Source of the DNA: Felis catus
Taxonomy: Eukaryota
Assembly: GCF_018350175.1 (NCBI RefSeq)
Contig: NC_058373.1
Location: 114,392,001-114,456,000 of the forward strand
Direction of reading: 5' to 3'
Length of the DNA stretch: 64,000 bases
The notes beneath the pieces are model-generated. The model was not told the DNA's origin and made no database searches. It worked only from the letters and a program-made list of their open reading frames with translations. Positions within the stretch are counted from its first letter, which is position 1. Each line of letters begins with the position of its first letter. The position numbers and the translations under genes were made by a program. Shown here piece after piece: positions 47,575 through 60,248 of this stretch.

Positions 47575-48782
47575 ACTCACAGAAAATATTTGCAAAACAC
47601 ATCTGACAAGGGACTAGTATCCAGGATATAGAAGTAATAACTCAGTAATGAAAAGACAAATAACCCCATTTTCAAATAGGCAAAAGATTTAGACAAAAGA
47701 TTTCAAAAGAAGATATGTGAATGGCCAATAAGCATATAAAAGGAGATAGTCAACACCATTAGTCATTATTAGTCATCACTATTAGTCATCATTAGGAAGT
47801 GCAAAATAAAACCACAGTGAGATACCTTTCTACGCTCACCACAACGGTGAAAATCAAAAAGCCTGACAGAGCCAAATGCTGACGAGAATGTTCACTGGAA
47901 CATTCATACATTGTTGGTAAAGGTATAAAGTGGTACAACCACTCCGGAAAAGGTCTAGTGGTTTCTTTGAAAACAAAACATATACCTCGTCTATAACCTA
48001 GCAATTCCACTTCCTAGGTATGTAACCAAGAGAAATGAAGCCATATGTTCGCAAAAAGACTTGTACGGGAACGTTCCTAGCAACCGTACTCATAATAACC
48101 CCAAAACAGACTGTGGCACCCCTACCGAACAGAATATGATTTCACGATGAAAAGGGACATATCACAGACACACGTGGCATCATGAATGTATCAACAACAT
48201 TATGCTGATGAAAGAAAGGGCTGCCAAGGAGACCTCTCGTGTGATTCTACTTATACGTGGTTCTAAAGCCGGCGAAACAGGGGCGCCCGGGTGGCTCATT
48301 CCGTTAAGCGTGCGATTCTTGATCTGGGCTCAGATCGTGATCTCACGATTTGTGAGATCGAGCCCAGCATGGGGCTCCACACCAACAGTGTGAAGCCTGC
48401 TTGGGATTCTCTCTCTCTCCCTTTCTCTCTGCCCCTCCCCTCTTCTCTCTCTCTCTCTCAAAGAAATAAACTTAAAAAAATATTTTAAAGCTGGCAAAAT
48501 AATCGGTGGTGCGAAAGAAAGGGCAGTTGCCTCTTGGGGGCCGGGGCTGGGATTGATTGGGAAGAGGCATGGGGGAACTCACTGGTTGCTGGTAATGTTT
48601 TATGTCTTGATTGGAGTCTGGTTTCATCAGTAGATGCATTTGTCAAAACTCAAAGGGACAGTTACTGTGTACATTTCATGGTATATAAGTTTTACCCCAA
48701 AGGGGGGAAAAAGCCACTACAGATATTGAATCCTAATTAACAAGTTGCATGTGGGGGTACTCAGGGGGAAGTGTACTGATTG
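47575..48782 (+). mobile_element. Old L1 (L1M) ORF2-end/3' UTR remnant
   Basis: AAAGAAGATATGTGAATGGCCAATAAGCATAT, GCAAAATAAAACCACAGTGAGATACC, CCTAGCAATTCCACTTCCTAGGTAT. Confidence 0.85.
48280..48480 (+). mobile_element. Can-SINE inside L1
   Basis: Head, linker and tail, flanked by TAAAGCYGGCRAAA. Confidence 0.88.
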
Positions 48783-48869
48783 GTCCCAACCTGTCTCTCC
48801 AGAGACGTGCCCCACCAAACGGGTTCTGCCCACGAGTGGTGGCTGAGAGGGTGCCTCACAGATGCCAAC

Positions 48870-49008
48870 ATGCAAACAAATCACCTGCATGGCTTGCTAA
48901 GCAGAACATTCGGAATCAGAAGGCCTGGGCTGGGGCCCAAGAGTGTGCATTGCTAACAAGCTCCAGGTGTCGCTGCTGGTCCTCGGGCTCCACTTTGAGT
49001 AGCCAGGA
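48870..49008. mobile_element. MER5A fragment
   Basis: GGGGCCCAAGAGTGTGCATTGCTAACAAGCTCCAGGTG...CACTTTGAGTAGC. Confidence 0.65.
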
Positions 49009-49059
49009 CTTAGAATATTACCTTCTGATAAAGGCAATTCATATATCGGGACCCACAAA

Positions 49060-49410
49060 ATAGAGGCCACCCCAGTGGCCTGGCCCACATCACAGATCTA
49101 AACCCAAGTCAGGCTGCAATTAACAGGAAATGCGTCACTATCAGGAAACCGGATATACACCAATCACAGTCCTCCAACTCTGCACTCGCTCGCTCGGTGG
49201 CTCCTTTACTGACCCTAGGGAAATACGGCCTGCTAGCCTTTAAGGGAATCCCCGGCCTTGGAGCCAATCATGCTCTGTTTCCGCGTAAAACCCTTGCCCC
49301 AAATCCCTCAGGAAGACTGCTCCACGATTGTACGGCACTATTCTCCCCCCACCCCCATCCACAGAAAGACACCGAACTCATCGCTAAATTGTTTACGTTG
49401 GTCACTTGAC
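49060..49410 (+). mobile_element. LTR-like fragment (family unassigned)
   Basis: Two CCAATCA boxes, CAGGAAAT and TAAAACCCTTGCCCC arranged like an LTR U3/R region. Confidence 0.35.
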
Positions 49411-50637
49411 ATTTCCACCTCTTGGCCTTTGCTCCCACTGTTTCCTCACGCTCCAGCTTGCTCTGCCCTCCCCACGCCATGACTTGTCCTCTCCATGCCC
49501 ATCCATGTCCTACCTTTTCCCATCCATCCTTCCTCTCCCAGCAGATGACAACTGATAACGATGATGATGATAAATGATAGTGACAACAACCTTTTGAGAC
49601 CTTATTAGGTGCCAGGGACTGTGCTTTACGAGCATTATTTTAGGTTTAACCCTTTTAGTAACCCTATGGGGTTGGTATGAATATTGTTCCCATTTTATGG
49701 ATGAGGAGACTGAAGTATAGAGAGGCTAAGTATTCGCCCAAGGTCACACAATCTTGGCCGTGTGGATGCTTCCTTTGGTTCTAATTATGGAACAGCCTTG
49801 TGGTAAAAAGCACCCATCCCCCACCGCCAGCTCCAAGCTCCCCACTCACCCCCACTGATCCCTTGTAGCTAGCTCTCTGCCTGCTATGTGGGTCTTTCTA
49901 GGCCATCCCCTCCAGTTCAGATCACTCCCTGCAATCTTCTCTCCAAACTCAGAGTGTCCAGAGTCTAAAGCAGCTGACCTGGGGTCCACTGACCTGGAGG
50001 AGACCCCACGAAAGACTGCTCTGCTCCCACCCCAAACTATAGGCTCTGTGAAGGCAGGCCCAGACCCGCCTTGTATAGTTGCATCCCCAGGGACATTTGC
50101 TCACTGTAGATAGATGGGGGGTGGGGGTGGCGTGGGGGGTGGCATAATGAGGTCTCCTGCGCTGGCCTGGTCCCCATAGATCTGCACCTGACTCAGATGA
50201 GAGGCACCTTCTTCACCTACCCCCAAGTAATCCTGCCACTCCTCAGTGTCTCCGTCACCCTCCAACCTAAACCCAGAGGCTGACAGGCTGGGGACTGATA
50301 TCCTCAGACCCGAGGCACTACCCACCCTGAGCCCTCACCCCAGTCCTGCAGTTCCCAGCCTTCGCCGGCACACCCTCCATCCCAAAGGCCTTTGGCGGTT
50401 TCTCTCAACCCGCCCCCCCCCCCCAAGACCGCTTAGGGAGGATATTTTACTTTCCCAGTTAAGCTCGGGGATGCAATTTCTCCTCCTAAGAGGTTAGGCT
50501 AATTGCTCTTCCCAGAAGAAAATCCTCCGAGGTTTTCCTTGTGGTGGGATAGGAGGTTTGAAAATTACATGTTCAGGGCAACATCTGGTTACTATATTAA
50601 AGTCCAGTCTCAAAGTGGGGTGGCCACTGGGGAGCAC

Positions 50638-50656
50638 AGGCGCCATCTGCTGGCCC
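50638..50656 (-). promoter_or_regulatory. CTCF motif
   Basis: Minus strand reads GGGCCAGCAGATGGCGCCT, matching the CCASYAGRKGGCRS core exactly. Confidence 0.7.
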
Positions 50657-51324
50657 AAAGAAGGATTGCGTCAAGAGTCTCCCAGCCGGACTTGATTTTT
50701 CTCATTTTAAAAGCGCCGTGACAACATTGATGTCTAATATTTTGGCCCGCACATACATTAATTGAATGATTTCCAGGGACGGAGAGACTTCAAATGTACC
50801 GGACACAAGCACATCAATTTGTATACGTTAAATATCCACGGCTTTCTGTTTATCAATCAGACCTCAATCAAGTAGTTTGTTTTTTTTTTTTAAAGTACCA
50901 GACACACAATTTATAAACCTTAGGCAATGAAAAGACTAGGTATGTGTATACACACACACACAAATACGCTGACATTTAATTGATGATAATCCCTAGCACT
51001 TCTTATATCAAATTAGTTATGCAGCTTTTATCCTATTAGATTATCTTAAGCTCGTCTTTAAACAAATGGGATCTCTCAAGCATTAAGGTGGGAACGTAAA
51101 TGAGAGGTAATTTTCAGTCTATCGAATTATAAAAGCACATACTCATCAATGCAGCAATCCCATTACTGGTAATGAAACTTACAGACACATCCACATTCAC
51201 GGGTACCAAGATAATGTTCAGGGGTTTCCTCGGCAGCCTCATTAATAACAGCAAAACACCAGGAAGCACCCATCTAATTCCAACACTCATATGCTTCAAT
51301 TAAAAAAAAAAAAAAAAAAAGCTT

Positions 51325-51530
51325 GGAGCACCTGGGTGGCTCACTTGGTCGAGCACAGGACTTCAACTCAGGTCCTGATCTCATGGTCCGTGAGTTAGAG
51401 CCCCACGTGGGTTTCACTGAGGTCAGCAGACCCCTCTTTGGATCCTCAGGGCAGAGTCTGCTCTGAATCCTCTGTCCCCCTGTCTTTCTGCCCTTCCCCT
51501 GCTCACGTTCAATCTCTCAAAATTAAATAA
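51325..51530 (+). mobile_element. Can-SINE
   Basis: GGAGCACCTGGGTGGCTCAC...TCAGGTCCTGATCTC...AATAA. Confidence 0.85.
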
Positions 51531-52574
51531 GCATTTTTTTTTTTTTAAAGCTACCATACTTTTTCCAAAGAAATCCACTTTTGTAGGTGTCTGAGCATCC
51601 AGGGCCACAGTTAGGGCTTCAGAATGCACTGAGGAGCTCCATGAACTGGCCAATAGGTTTTGAAATGCAGACATAGCTTTCATACAGGGCAAAAAACAAA
51701 AACAAAAACAAAAAGCAAAACCACCAACCATTTAGCCAAGATACCTCGAAAACACAAAAAATTTTCGGAAACAGAGTTTTGATTCATAGCCGTCAGCCTT
51801 ACCTTAAGCGTGTAGCGAAAGGGAAGTCAAGTCATGAGTTGGGTATTAGAAGAAAATATCAGGACAGAACTGAAGGGAAAGCCAAATCATGGCATGTTTC
51901 TGAGCGGAGTCGGGCCCAGAGAGCACCACATGCCTTAATCAGCCCTGGGGCACAAACCATCAGGGCTGAGGCTCAAGGGAGCCTGTGGCCTGTCTCAATG
52001 TATGCTAAACTTCTGCATGCAGTAGCTGGGAGAAATCAGACAGGCCTGTCAGCCTCCCAAAAGATGGGAGACCCATGTGGGCCAACATCCACAGCCCCAG
52101 GAGGACAGAAAACACTGGACAGTGTGAGCCACTGCAGACCTTGACTTCCCGGGCCCCTTGAAACAGATGTCAAGACGGACATTCACAGCAGCCGGAAACC
52201 ACACACGGACCCCAGGCCCCAAGCACAAGCCGTGGGAGGGCACAGCATATGCAAATGGATGAGAGGGGAAAGGACTGGAAACTACTTCTTCAGCCCAGCT
52301 GGGGGCAGGTGGGACGGGGGCGGGGGTGGGGGGGTTGCTCGGTGAGGGGTTACTGCACCCTACAATATTCCAGAGGCAAAAAAGTCCAGAAGCATAAAAA
52401 CCACAACTGAGAAGAAAAAAAGAACTACAACATTTCATCAACGCTAAGATGCACAGTTGTTTCGTTTTTTATTATCTTCGAAGTCTGGGTTTCAAACCTA
52501 CAATTGATGGCAGGTCAGTTCATTTGGCAGCTTTGTTTTCTTTCTTAGAAGAGCGTAAGATGGTAACGACTGTA

Positions 52575-52745
52575 GAGGCACCTGGGTTAAGCGTCTGACT
52601 CTTGATTTCAGCTCAGGTCATGATCTCACAGCTCATGGGTTCAAGCCCCACGTCAGGATCTGTGCTGATAGCGTGGAGCTTGCTTGGAATTCTCTCTCTC
52701 CCTCTCCCTCTGCCCCTCCCCCACTCGCAACATAAATAAATAAAT
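52575..52745 (+). mobile_element. Can-SINE (deleted head)
   Basis: TTAAGCGTCTGACTCTTGATTTCAGCTCAGGTCATGATCTC...(TAAA)n. Confidence 0.85.
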
Positions 52746-55031
52746 ATGACTTTATTTTTTGATTGTGGCATGACTGACAAATTTAAAAAGTGTATAAGAT
52801 ACACGTACACATTGTAAAAGGATTCTCCCCCAAAAGATGCCTCTTACAATTGGTGGCATTCAATAATGTCTTAATAAAATTGAAAAAAATTGATGAATGT
52901 TAGAGTCAATGAAATCCAGTATCATTTATTGAGCCCTAACTATATTGCCGGCACATGTTGGTCAGTTAGCCTGCGGGAGCACACAACCCCAGGAGCCTTC
53001 CATCACAGAGGAGAAGCGAGACTCAGGTGAAATAACTTTCCCCGGGTCACAAAGGCAGTAAGCAGCAGAGACAGGATTCAGGGCCCAGGTTTGCTGGGCC
53101 CCTGTGCTTCCCATTATGTTGTCCTAGTCTCCTGCCTTCTAGATAAAGTGAGAGGGGCAAGGCCAAAGCCAGTTTGTCATTTCTGTCCTCAGGCCCTGGT
53201 TAATTCTCCAGGAGAGGTAGGTCATTGTCATCTGCTCTGTTTCAATCCTTAGTAGTCAGCTCCAGGCTCAGAAGTTTCCAGAAGCCCTGCTTCATGGCTC
53301 CCAGCTCACCTGATTCTGCCACAGCTCAGTGAGCTTGGCCTCCTTGACCTGTCTCCACCGCCCATCCTCCCAGGCTTTAATTGTGGGTTTCCTGTTGCCT
53401 TCCCAGCCCCACTGGGTCTTTACTGACCAAGCTTACCCCCTGCTTCTCTGCCCACCGCAGGCCCCAGAAGGAGATCCCAAAGGTGGCAGTTTGGCGAAAG
53501 ACATTAATTGCAAGTTCTCTTGTCAGACCGGGACTGACTAGTAGGATGGCCAGGTCAGGGCTCCATGTTCAAAACGGCTGGTGACAGAAGGGGCCACTGG
53601 CAAGGCCTGTCTGGGTTCCAGCCTTGGGGGCTGGGAAGAGCCAGTGGGATCGCAGATCAAACCAGGGTCGCTGTCCCCCAGAGACCGAAGGACGCCTCTC
53701 CTTTCTCCTCCTCTATGCTGCAGCCACCTGCACCCCAAAGACCTGGCACCTCCTACACGAGCCCCTTACCCCCCAGTTGGGCTTCATTTCCTGATGTCCC
53801 CTGTGTGTTCAATTGCTCCCTGCCAGGCCTGGTGGGTTCAAAGCTTATGCTTGGACACTCAAATCTCGGCCAGAAGAGCCTTTGGCTCTCCCAGGCCTAA
53901 GGGTCCCCTTCCCTCTGCCCGGACACACATCCTGGCACCAGTTCTCACCTCTACTACCATTGTGGCTTTGCTATTCCCATGGGCTCAACAAATATTTGTA
54001 CCCATGACGAGCAGACGCTCTGTCAAGTGCTGAGATGACAGGACACCACAGAGGGGGCAAGGAGCAGGAACAGACACAGTAGAGCATGGCAGGTGTTACA
54101 GGGGCAGTGCTGTGCAGAGAAGGCTCACGCCCCCCACCTCCCGCCCCCGAGAGCCAGCAGCGGGCACCTCCTCTCCACCTTGCGGTCCGGGCCATCAACT
54201 TAGTAGACGGAAATCGGCCACGGCGGGGGAGTGCTTATGCCACCGAGATCAGCAAATGCTGCAAACCAGAGCTCTATTTGTTTGCTAGACGGCAAGATGG
54301 TAACCGTGTCCTAGCAGGGACCCTGGGCCCGGGGAGGGCCACTGGCTTGGTTGGAGTTCTCCCTCAAAAACAGACCCTGAGTCCAGGACTGAAGAACAGG
54401 GGTTTATTTGGAAGCTGGTGGCCAGGAGCAGCAGTGGTGGGGCCCGAACTCTGAACAAGCTGGCCTCCCTCCTCCCCGCCCCTCTGCTTTCCAGCCTTGC
54501 CTGCCCCTGTGCTTGCTCAGCTTACCTCACAGGACCTCTTCCTTGCAGGGGTTTGTCCTGGTTTCAGAGCATTCTGAGGGCTTCGTGAAAAGCAGCCCCC
54601 CAGCAACCAGGACTTGGCTCCCAAGTGGCCTGTTACAGTGCCTCATCTCCGCACCCCCTCCCCCCCACCATGGGGCCTGTCCCAGGGATTAACTATTCCA
54701 GATGCCGGATGGGGCATTTCAGCTCAAAAATACTACCTGCCCTTACTCTGGGCCCCTTGCCAGACAATGCAAAAGTCCCCACCAACATCAAGGTGCCTAA
54801 TTTCCATGGGGGTGTAGGGGAGGGGAAAAAAACAACAACTTTTTTTCCTCTACCCATCTCAGGTTCATGGCTCTGCATATTAGACTAACAAAAGACTGAT
54901 TTCAGAAGTATTTTCCGCTTTATGTAGAACTACTCCTATAATAGCAAATGTAATATTAGAACAAAAATTTTCTTCTGGGTTTTGTTTCCACGGGTATTTG
55001 GACTCAGATTCTTAAAAAAAAAAAAAAATTA

Positions 55032-55332
55032 GGGGCGCCTGGGTGGCGCAGTCGGTTAAGCGTCCGACTTCAGCCAGGTCACGATCTCGCGGTCTGTGAG
55101 TTCGAGCCCCGCGTCGGGCTCTGGGCTGATGGCTCAGAGCCTGGAGCCTGTTTCTGATTCTGTGTCTCCCTCTCTCTCTGCCCTTCCCCCGTTCATGCTC
55201 TGTCTCTCTCTGTCCCCCCCCAAAAAATAAATAAACGTTGAAAAAAAAATTACTCTCTCTGCCCTTCCCCCGTTCATGCTCTGTCTCTCTCTGTCCCCCC
55301 CCCCCAAAAATAAATAAACGTTGAAAAAAAAA
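55032..55332 (+). mobile_element. Young felid Can-SINE with a duplicated 3' portion
   Basis: Full element at 55032-55249, then a second linker and tail at 55253-55332. Confidence 0.93.
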
Positions 55333-55416
55333 TTTTAAAAAATTAACATATACTTCACAAAGTTGGGAAAAAAAGTTAACAAATGATAGATCTTCTGGAA
55401 TGATTCAGATTGTCTA

Positions 55417-55619
55417 TTTTATTTTTTTAAATGTTTATTTTTGAGAGACAGAGCACACGAGCAGGGGAGGGGCAGAGAGAGGGAGACACAGAATCCGAAG
55501 CAGGCTCCAGGCTCTGAGCTGTCAGCACAGAGCCTGATGCAGGGCTCGAACCCATGAACCATGAGATCATGACCTGAGCTGAAGTCGGACGCTTAACCGA
55601 CTGAGCCACCCAGGCACCC
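55417..55619 (-). mobile_element. Can-SINE
   Basis: Full length, flanked by TTGTCTRTTTT. Confidence 0.92.
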
Positions 55620-56006
55620 TGGTATTTGTCTGTTTTAAATGGTAGATCTTCCTTAAATCAGATGGATGATTAATGATTCAATCCATATTTCTCTGTGAAA
55701 ATCACAAATCTGAAATAACGATCGTTGTACCTCAGAGAAAAGGCCTCAACACAGAAGAAATTCACTTAATGCTTTAAAAAGTAGATAAAGAAAATTGAGA
55801 TCATTTTTAATCTTTATTAACTTTTTAATATACCAAGTTATACTTTCTCTTTGAAGTACCAAGTCAAGTAAATGTAAGTTAATGACAAAGGCTGGAGTTC
55901 TGATGAAAAAAGACAGATCAACAAGGGGAAAACAAACAAGTTTATTAACACAGTCCTCCCACATACACATGGGAGCACTCAGAGTTGAATAACTCAGAAG
56001 GATGGA

Positions 56007-56164
56007 GGGGCGCCTGGGTGGCTCAGTCATTTGAGGGTCCAACTCATGGTTTCAGCTCAGGTCATGATCTCAAGGTTTGTGGGATTGAGCCCCACATGGG
56101 AATGTGATGACAGTGTGGAGCCTGCTTGGGATTCTCTCTCCCTCTCTCTGCCTTTTCCTGCTGG

Positions 56165-56203
<39 letters not shown>

Positions 56204-56239
56204 AGTAAATAAATAAATAAATAAATAAACATAAAAAAA
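56007..56239 (+). mobile_element. Can-SINE inside the MER34-like LTR
   Basis: Head, (CT)n, (TAAA)n, flanked by AGAAGG(A)TGG. Confidence 0.9.
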
Positions 56240-56552
56240 GAAGGTGGTTAGAACTTGACCTTATACAGCATCTTGACTGAAGAACAATACATATTTAGAG
56301 AAGCAACAAAACACAGAAAAAGAGCTTTCAGTTTCTAGGGCAGCAAGTTGTGGGAAGGCAAATGAGGAGAAGTATGTTAAACAAGGGCTGGTCCCAGCCA
56401 GGTTTGTTATATAGGTTTCTTTGGTGCCACGTGCCGGAAGATAAGGGTATATAGAGTTCTCTCCGGTGACTAACTTCTGTCTTTCCTAGGAGAGAGGGAA
56501 GAAGGGGACACTCACACTCAGGCAGATAGGAGGAGGACAAGGAGCCTTTCTT

Positions 56553-56778
56553 TTTTTTTTTTTTTTAATTTTTTTTTTCAACGTTTATTTTATTTTTGGG
56601 AGAGAGACAGAGCATGAACGGGGGAGGGGCAGAGAGAGAGGGAGACACAGAATCGGAAACAGGCTCCAGGCTCGGAGCCATCAGCCCAGAGCCTGATGCA
56701 GGGCTCGAACTCACGGACCACGAGATCGTGACCTGGCTGAAGTCGGACGCTTAACCGACTGCGCCACCCAGGCGCCCC
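56553..56778 (-). mobile_element. Young felid Can-SINE inside the MER34-like LTR
   Basis: Perfect TSD AAGGAGCCTTTCTT (56539-56552, 56779-56792). Confidence 0.95.
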
Positions 56779-57154
56779 AAGGAGCCTTTCTTGTATCTGC
56801 TTTTGCTTCTCAGTCGCCTTCAGTTCAGAATAGTCCCTCTGCAGAAATGGCCTATTCTGGAGCGGCGTCCTGGGAGATGCACCGTCAACCGGTGGCGGAA
56901 TGCCAAATGGACGGATTCCCCAAGTAGAAGAGAGCAGGGAGAGGAGGGCCGGTTCTCTCTTGGAGGCATCCTTATCTGCACGTTGGGGACATTGATCTCC
57001 AAGACTTACTCAAGGAAGGGAACTGAGGCTGTGTATATAAAACCACCTGGCACAATGGTTGGCCTGTGGACATTAATCGACTCCATATCTATGACTATTA
57101 GTTCTTTTTTATATCCAGACAGAATCTTCTCCAGACAATGATGAGGTCTTACGT

Positions 57155-57555
57155 TGGTGCTTCCCAAAGTGTGGCCCGTGAACCTGCTTGGATTACTTAC
57201 TGGATTCTACCTAGAACATCCTAGGGACAGATCCCCAGTTCCCTTTGCTCCTCTTAGACCTACTCCACCATGTTCTCAGGGGACAGAGCCCTGCACTCTT
57301 TGACAAACTTCCCAAATGATTCCTGAGCACAGCCGAGTTTGAGAACCACTAGTAAGGCGAATGAAACATTGCTTCTGGGGATTAGAGAGACCTGGGTTCA
57401 AATCCCAGTTCTGTAACTAACTTAAAATGTCTATGCCTTGATTTCCTGGTTTTTAAAGGGATAAGAATAGTATGTGTGGAGATTAGATTATATGCATGTA
57501 AATTGCTTAAGACTTGGGCTAGCACAAAATAAGTGGTCAAACAAATGTTAGCTAT
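57155..57555. mobile_element. MER5-like fragment followed by MIR
   Basis: GTGCTTCCCAAAGTGTGG...GTTTGAGAACCACT, then AGACCTGGGTTCAAATCCCAG. Confidence 0.6.
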
Positions 57556-57752
57556 TTTTTTTTCCTGCTAAGTGTTCCTGGTTGCATCTGCTGTCCCTCT
57601 GTGGCACAGATCAAGGCCCCTCGCCATCCCAGCAATTACTGAGTTGATACACGTTGGGAGCAGGAAAAACAAAAACAGGGGAGGCTGTCAGGGTGAGAGC
57701 TTTGGTATCGCCCTCAGCGGCTCTCATCTGTGAAACGCTGTAAAGACACACT

Positions 57753-57771
57753 TGGCCACTGGAGGGCAACA
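57753..57771 (+). promoter_or_regulatory. CTCF-like motif
   Basis: Plus strand reads TGGCCACTGGAGGGCAACA. Confidence 0.5.
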
Positions 57772-58949
57772 TCCACCTAGCTCGTTTTAAGACCTGCTTT
57801 CTCAAAAAGCATCTTCAGATAGTAGTGTGGGAGGGTGGAAGCCTTAATGGGGAATTGGGGTTCTTTGCATTACTTAACATCCACTCTACTCCAGGCAGCG
57901 CTTAGTGCATAGGTGTGCCCTAAAATATAACCTGGAGAGACAAGTTTGGCATAAAGAACTGCTTTCCCATTGCCTTGAATTATAAAAGGGGAATTTTGCT
58001 TCTAAACCTGGGGTCTCCCACAGGTGCCCAGTGATAGCTTTCTGAGTGTCCACATGCCTGGCCACCAGGATCCCACAGCCCTCTGCAGGCACACAGAAGG
58101 CTCTTTCTCACCCTGCCAGCCGCTGGCTGCACATGAAGAAATACGCAGGCAGCCCTGGGGGAGGCGGCAGTCCCTCCCTGCATGCTTGGTGTTCCCTTCT
58201 CGACGTGGCAGCAGGGATGGATTCTCCAAAGCAGGTCCAAGCGTTCTAGAACCGTATTCGGACTGGGCGTGGGACCCCCTTGATGCTCATCTCGGGTCTA
58301 AACCGGGGCTCCCAGGTGAAGCCACACTCCAGGCACTCCCTGAGAATGGGCTGTTTATTTGGGTTATTCCCAAAGCAGCCTCTAGATGGCTGTTTGCGCT
58401 GTGAGCTCCGTGGGCAGCGGGACTCAGTGGAGAAACGCTGTGAAAGTTGCAAAACCCGTGCGTCACAATCAACCCATCCAAGGGGTAAGGGAGCTGGTAT
58501 TCACTCTTCCTAGTAGCTACTTCCCGGTAGCCTGCCTCATCCTCAGGCCGAGTCTCCTTCTGCGGTTCTGGGGGGAAGGTCCCCAGGCACAGAGATGCAA
58601 GAACCATAGGTGGAAGTTTGCTGGGTATGGGCGGGGCAGTGCCAGCAGCTGCTAGAGGCTGCCTTTGCCTTTGGCCGTCGTGCTGACCCCAGTGCCCCCT
58701 GCCTCCAGCCCCTGATCTGGGGTGGGAACCCCTTCCTTCCCACTTCCGTGGATGATGTCACGCTGGCTGGCCAGCATCAGCACCGGGAGAACCCACTCCT
58801 TACGCGAGTTTTGCGGGGAAGCAGAGCCTTTCCTGTTGCTTGCGGTAGAGTCCTGACACGCCCACTCTGAGTCCAGGTGGCCTGGGTAGGGCTGCGCCCT
58901 CCAATCTAGGCTGAGCACCCAGGCCAGGCCGAAGCCGGTGAGCAAATCT

Positions 58950-59275
58950 CATTGCCCTGGCTGAGGCCAACATGTGACCTACCTCCGGGGGATGTCATTC
59001 TCTTCTCGGGGGCGTCTCTTCGCTAGACTTGAAGTTGCGAGGTGGTGACACGGGAGCCCCTGGCCATTTTGCCACCTCAGAAGGAGAGCCCGTTTGAGAA
59101 TGGAGTCAATCCAGGGAAACCGCGTCCTGCTGGCCTTGGTGCGCCCCTGCCTCAGGCACCTGGGAAGACAGCATTACCTCTGGACACTTCATTTATCCAA
59201 GTCAGTGAAACGACCCTTCTGGCTTTACCAGCGTAGGTTGGGTTTCGTGACTCTTGCAGGCAAGTGTCCTAATCG
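58950..59275 (+). mobile_element. MLT1-like LTR fragment
   Basis: GGCCATTTTGCCACC...GAGAATGGAGTCAA...GTTGGGTTTCGTGACTCTTGCA. Confidence 0.5.
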
Positions 59276-60248
59276 TTAGATCACCCAGCAGCTCCTGATT
59301 CTCATCCACAAATGATTCGAGGTTGGGTAACAAGTTATCACATCTAATTATCTCATGCTGATTGTGTGCGGAAACAAAAGAGCCCTCTCTCTCTTTTTCT
59401 TCCCGCCTCTCTCTCCTCCCACGCACCTTGGCTCCAAACTTGGCTGTTCTGCACAGGGCACCGGGCTATGGGTCAGGAGACCTGGGTTCTCACCCTAGCT
59501 CTGCCTCAACCTACCCCTGTGACCTCGAGCAAGCCAATGCTCTCAGGCTGTAATCTTCTCCTCTGTCAGATGAAAAGGGTGGACTTTGTGACCTCTTCGG
59601 TTCTCTAACACTAACATTCCATGGACATCTTTGCCCTTCATCCCACATTTAGCTCGTCACTGAGGCCCACTGAAGCTTCCTTGGACGTCTCTCAGCCACC
59701 CCTCCTGCTATTACCTTGGAAGAGGAGTGGCTCCTCCCTTTCTTCCTGAAATGCTGCTTTCACCACTGGCTCTAAATCTAGAACTAAAAAGAATTTTGCA
59801 GTGAGTAGAGCCTGGGAGGGCTCCCTGGGAAATTCTGGACGGACAAGGGGACATCTCCGTTAATTCCGATCCTCAGAGAACGAAACTGAGATGAAGCTTC
59901 AGCTCCTAATTTTCCCAGACAACTCAGTGTCCTAGACTGTGTCCTGCCTGCAGCCCTCACCCCCTCAGCCCAGGGCCGCTAACCAGTCCACCCACCTCCT
60001 GTGGGCCCGGCCATTCCGGCCCTTTTGGGGTTTCAGGGTTTTGTAGCTTCCATCTCCCTCCTCTGTGGACTAGTGTTTTTAGGGTGAGGGGCTCTGGTCC
60101 AACAGCTGTGGCAGCCTCCCAGGGGCCAACATTGCAAACTCAAGCTTTTGAAGCAGGAGAGGTTTCTCCAGAGCCTCAAGCCTATAACATGGGCCCCTGG
60201 CGTCAGGGAGGCAACCAGGCTCCCGTGAGGCCTGAACAATGGAGCAGG

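Larger units (their letters stand above)
54812..56865 (-). mobile_element. MER34-like ERV1 solo LTR, fragmented by several insertions
   Basis: The minus strand near 56860 reads ...GGACTATTCTGAACTGAAGGCGACTGAGAAGCAAAAGCAGATACAAGAAAGGCTC (MER34 5' part). The plus strand at 54812 starts TGTAGGGGAGGGGAAAA...CTCTACCC (other terminus). LTR segments are 54812-54900, 55908-56006, 56240-56552 and 56779-56865. Confidence 0.65.

Noticed and set aside
47756..47793. Short tandem ATTAGTCAT repeats (also ACTAGTACC at ~3399-3420)
   Set aside because: Slippage microduplications without spacers. Not CRISPR-like.
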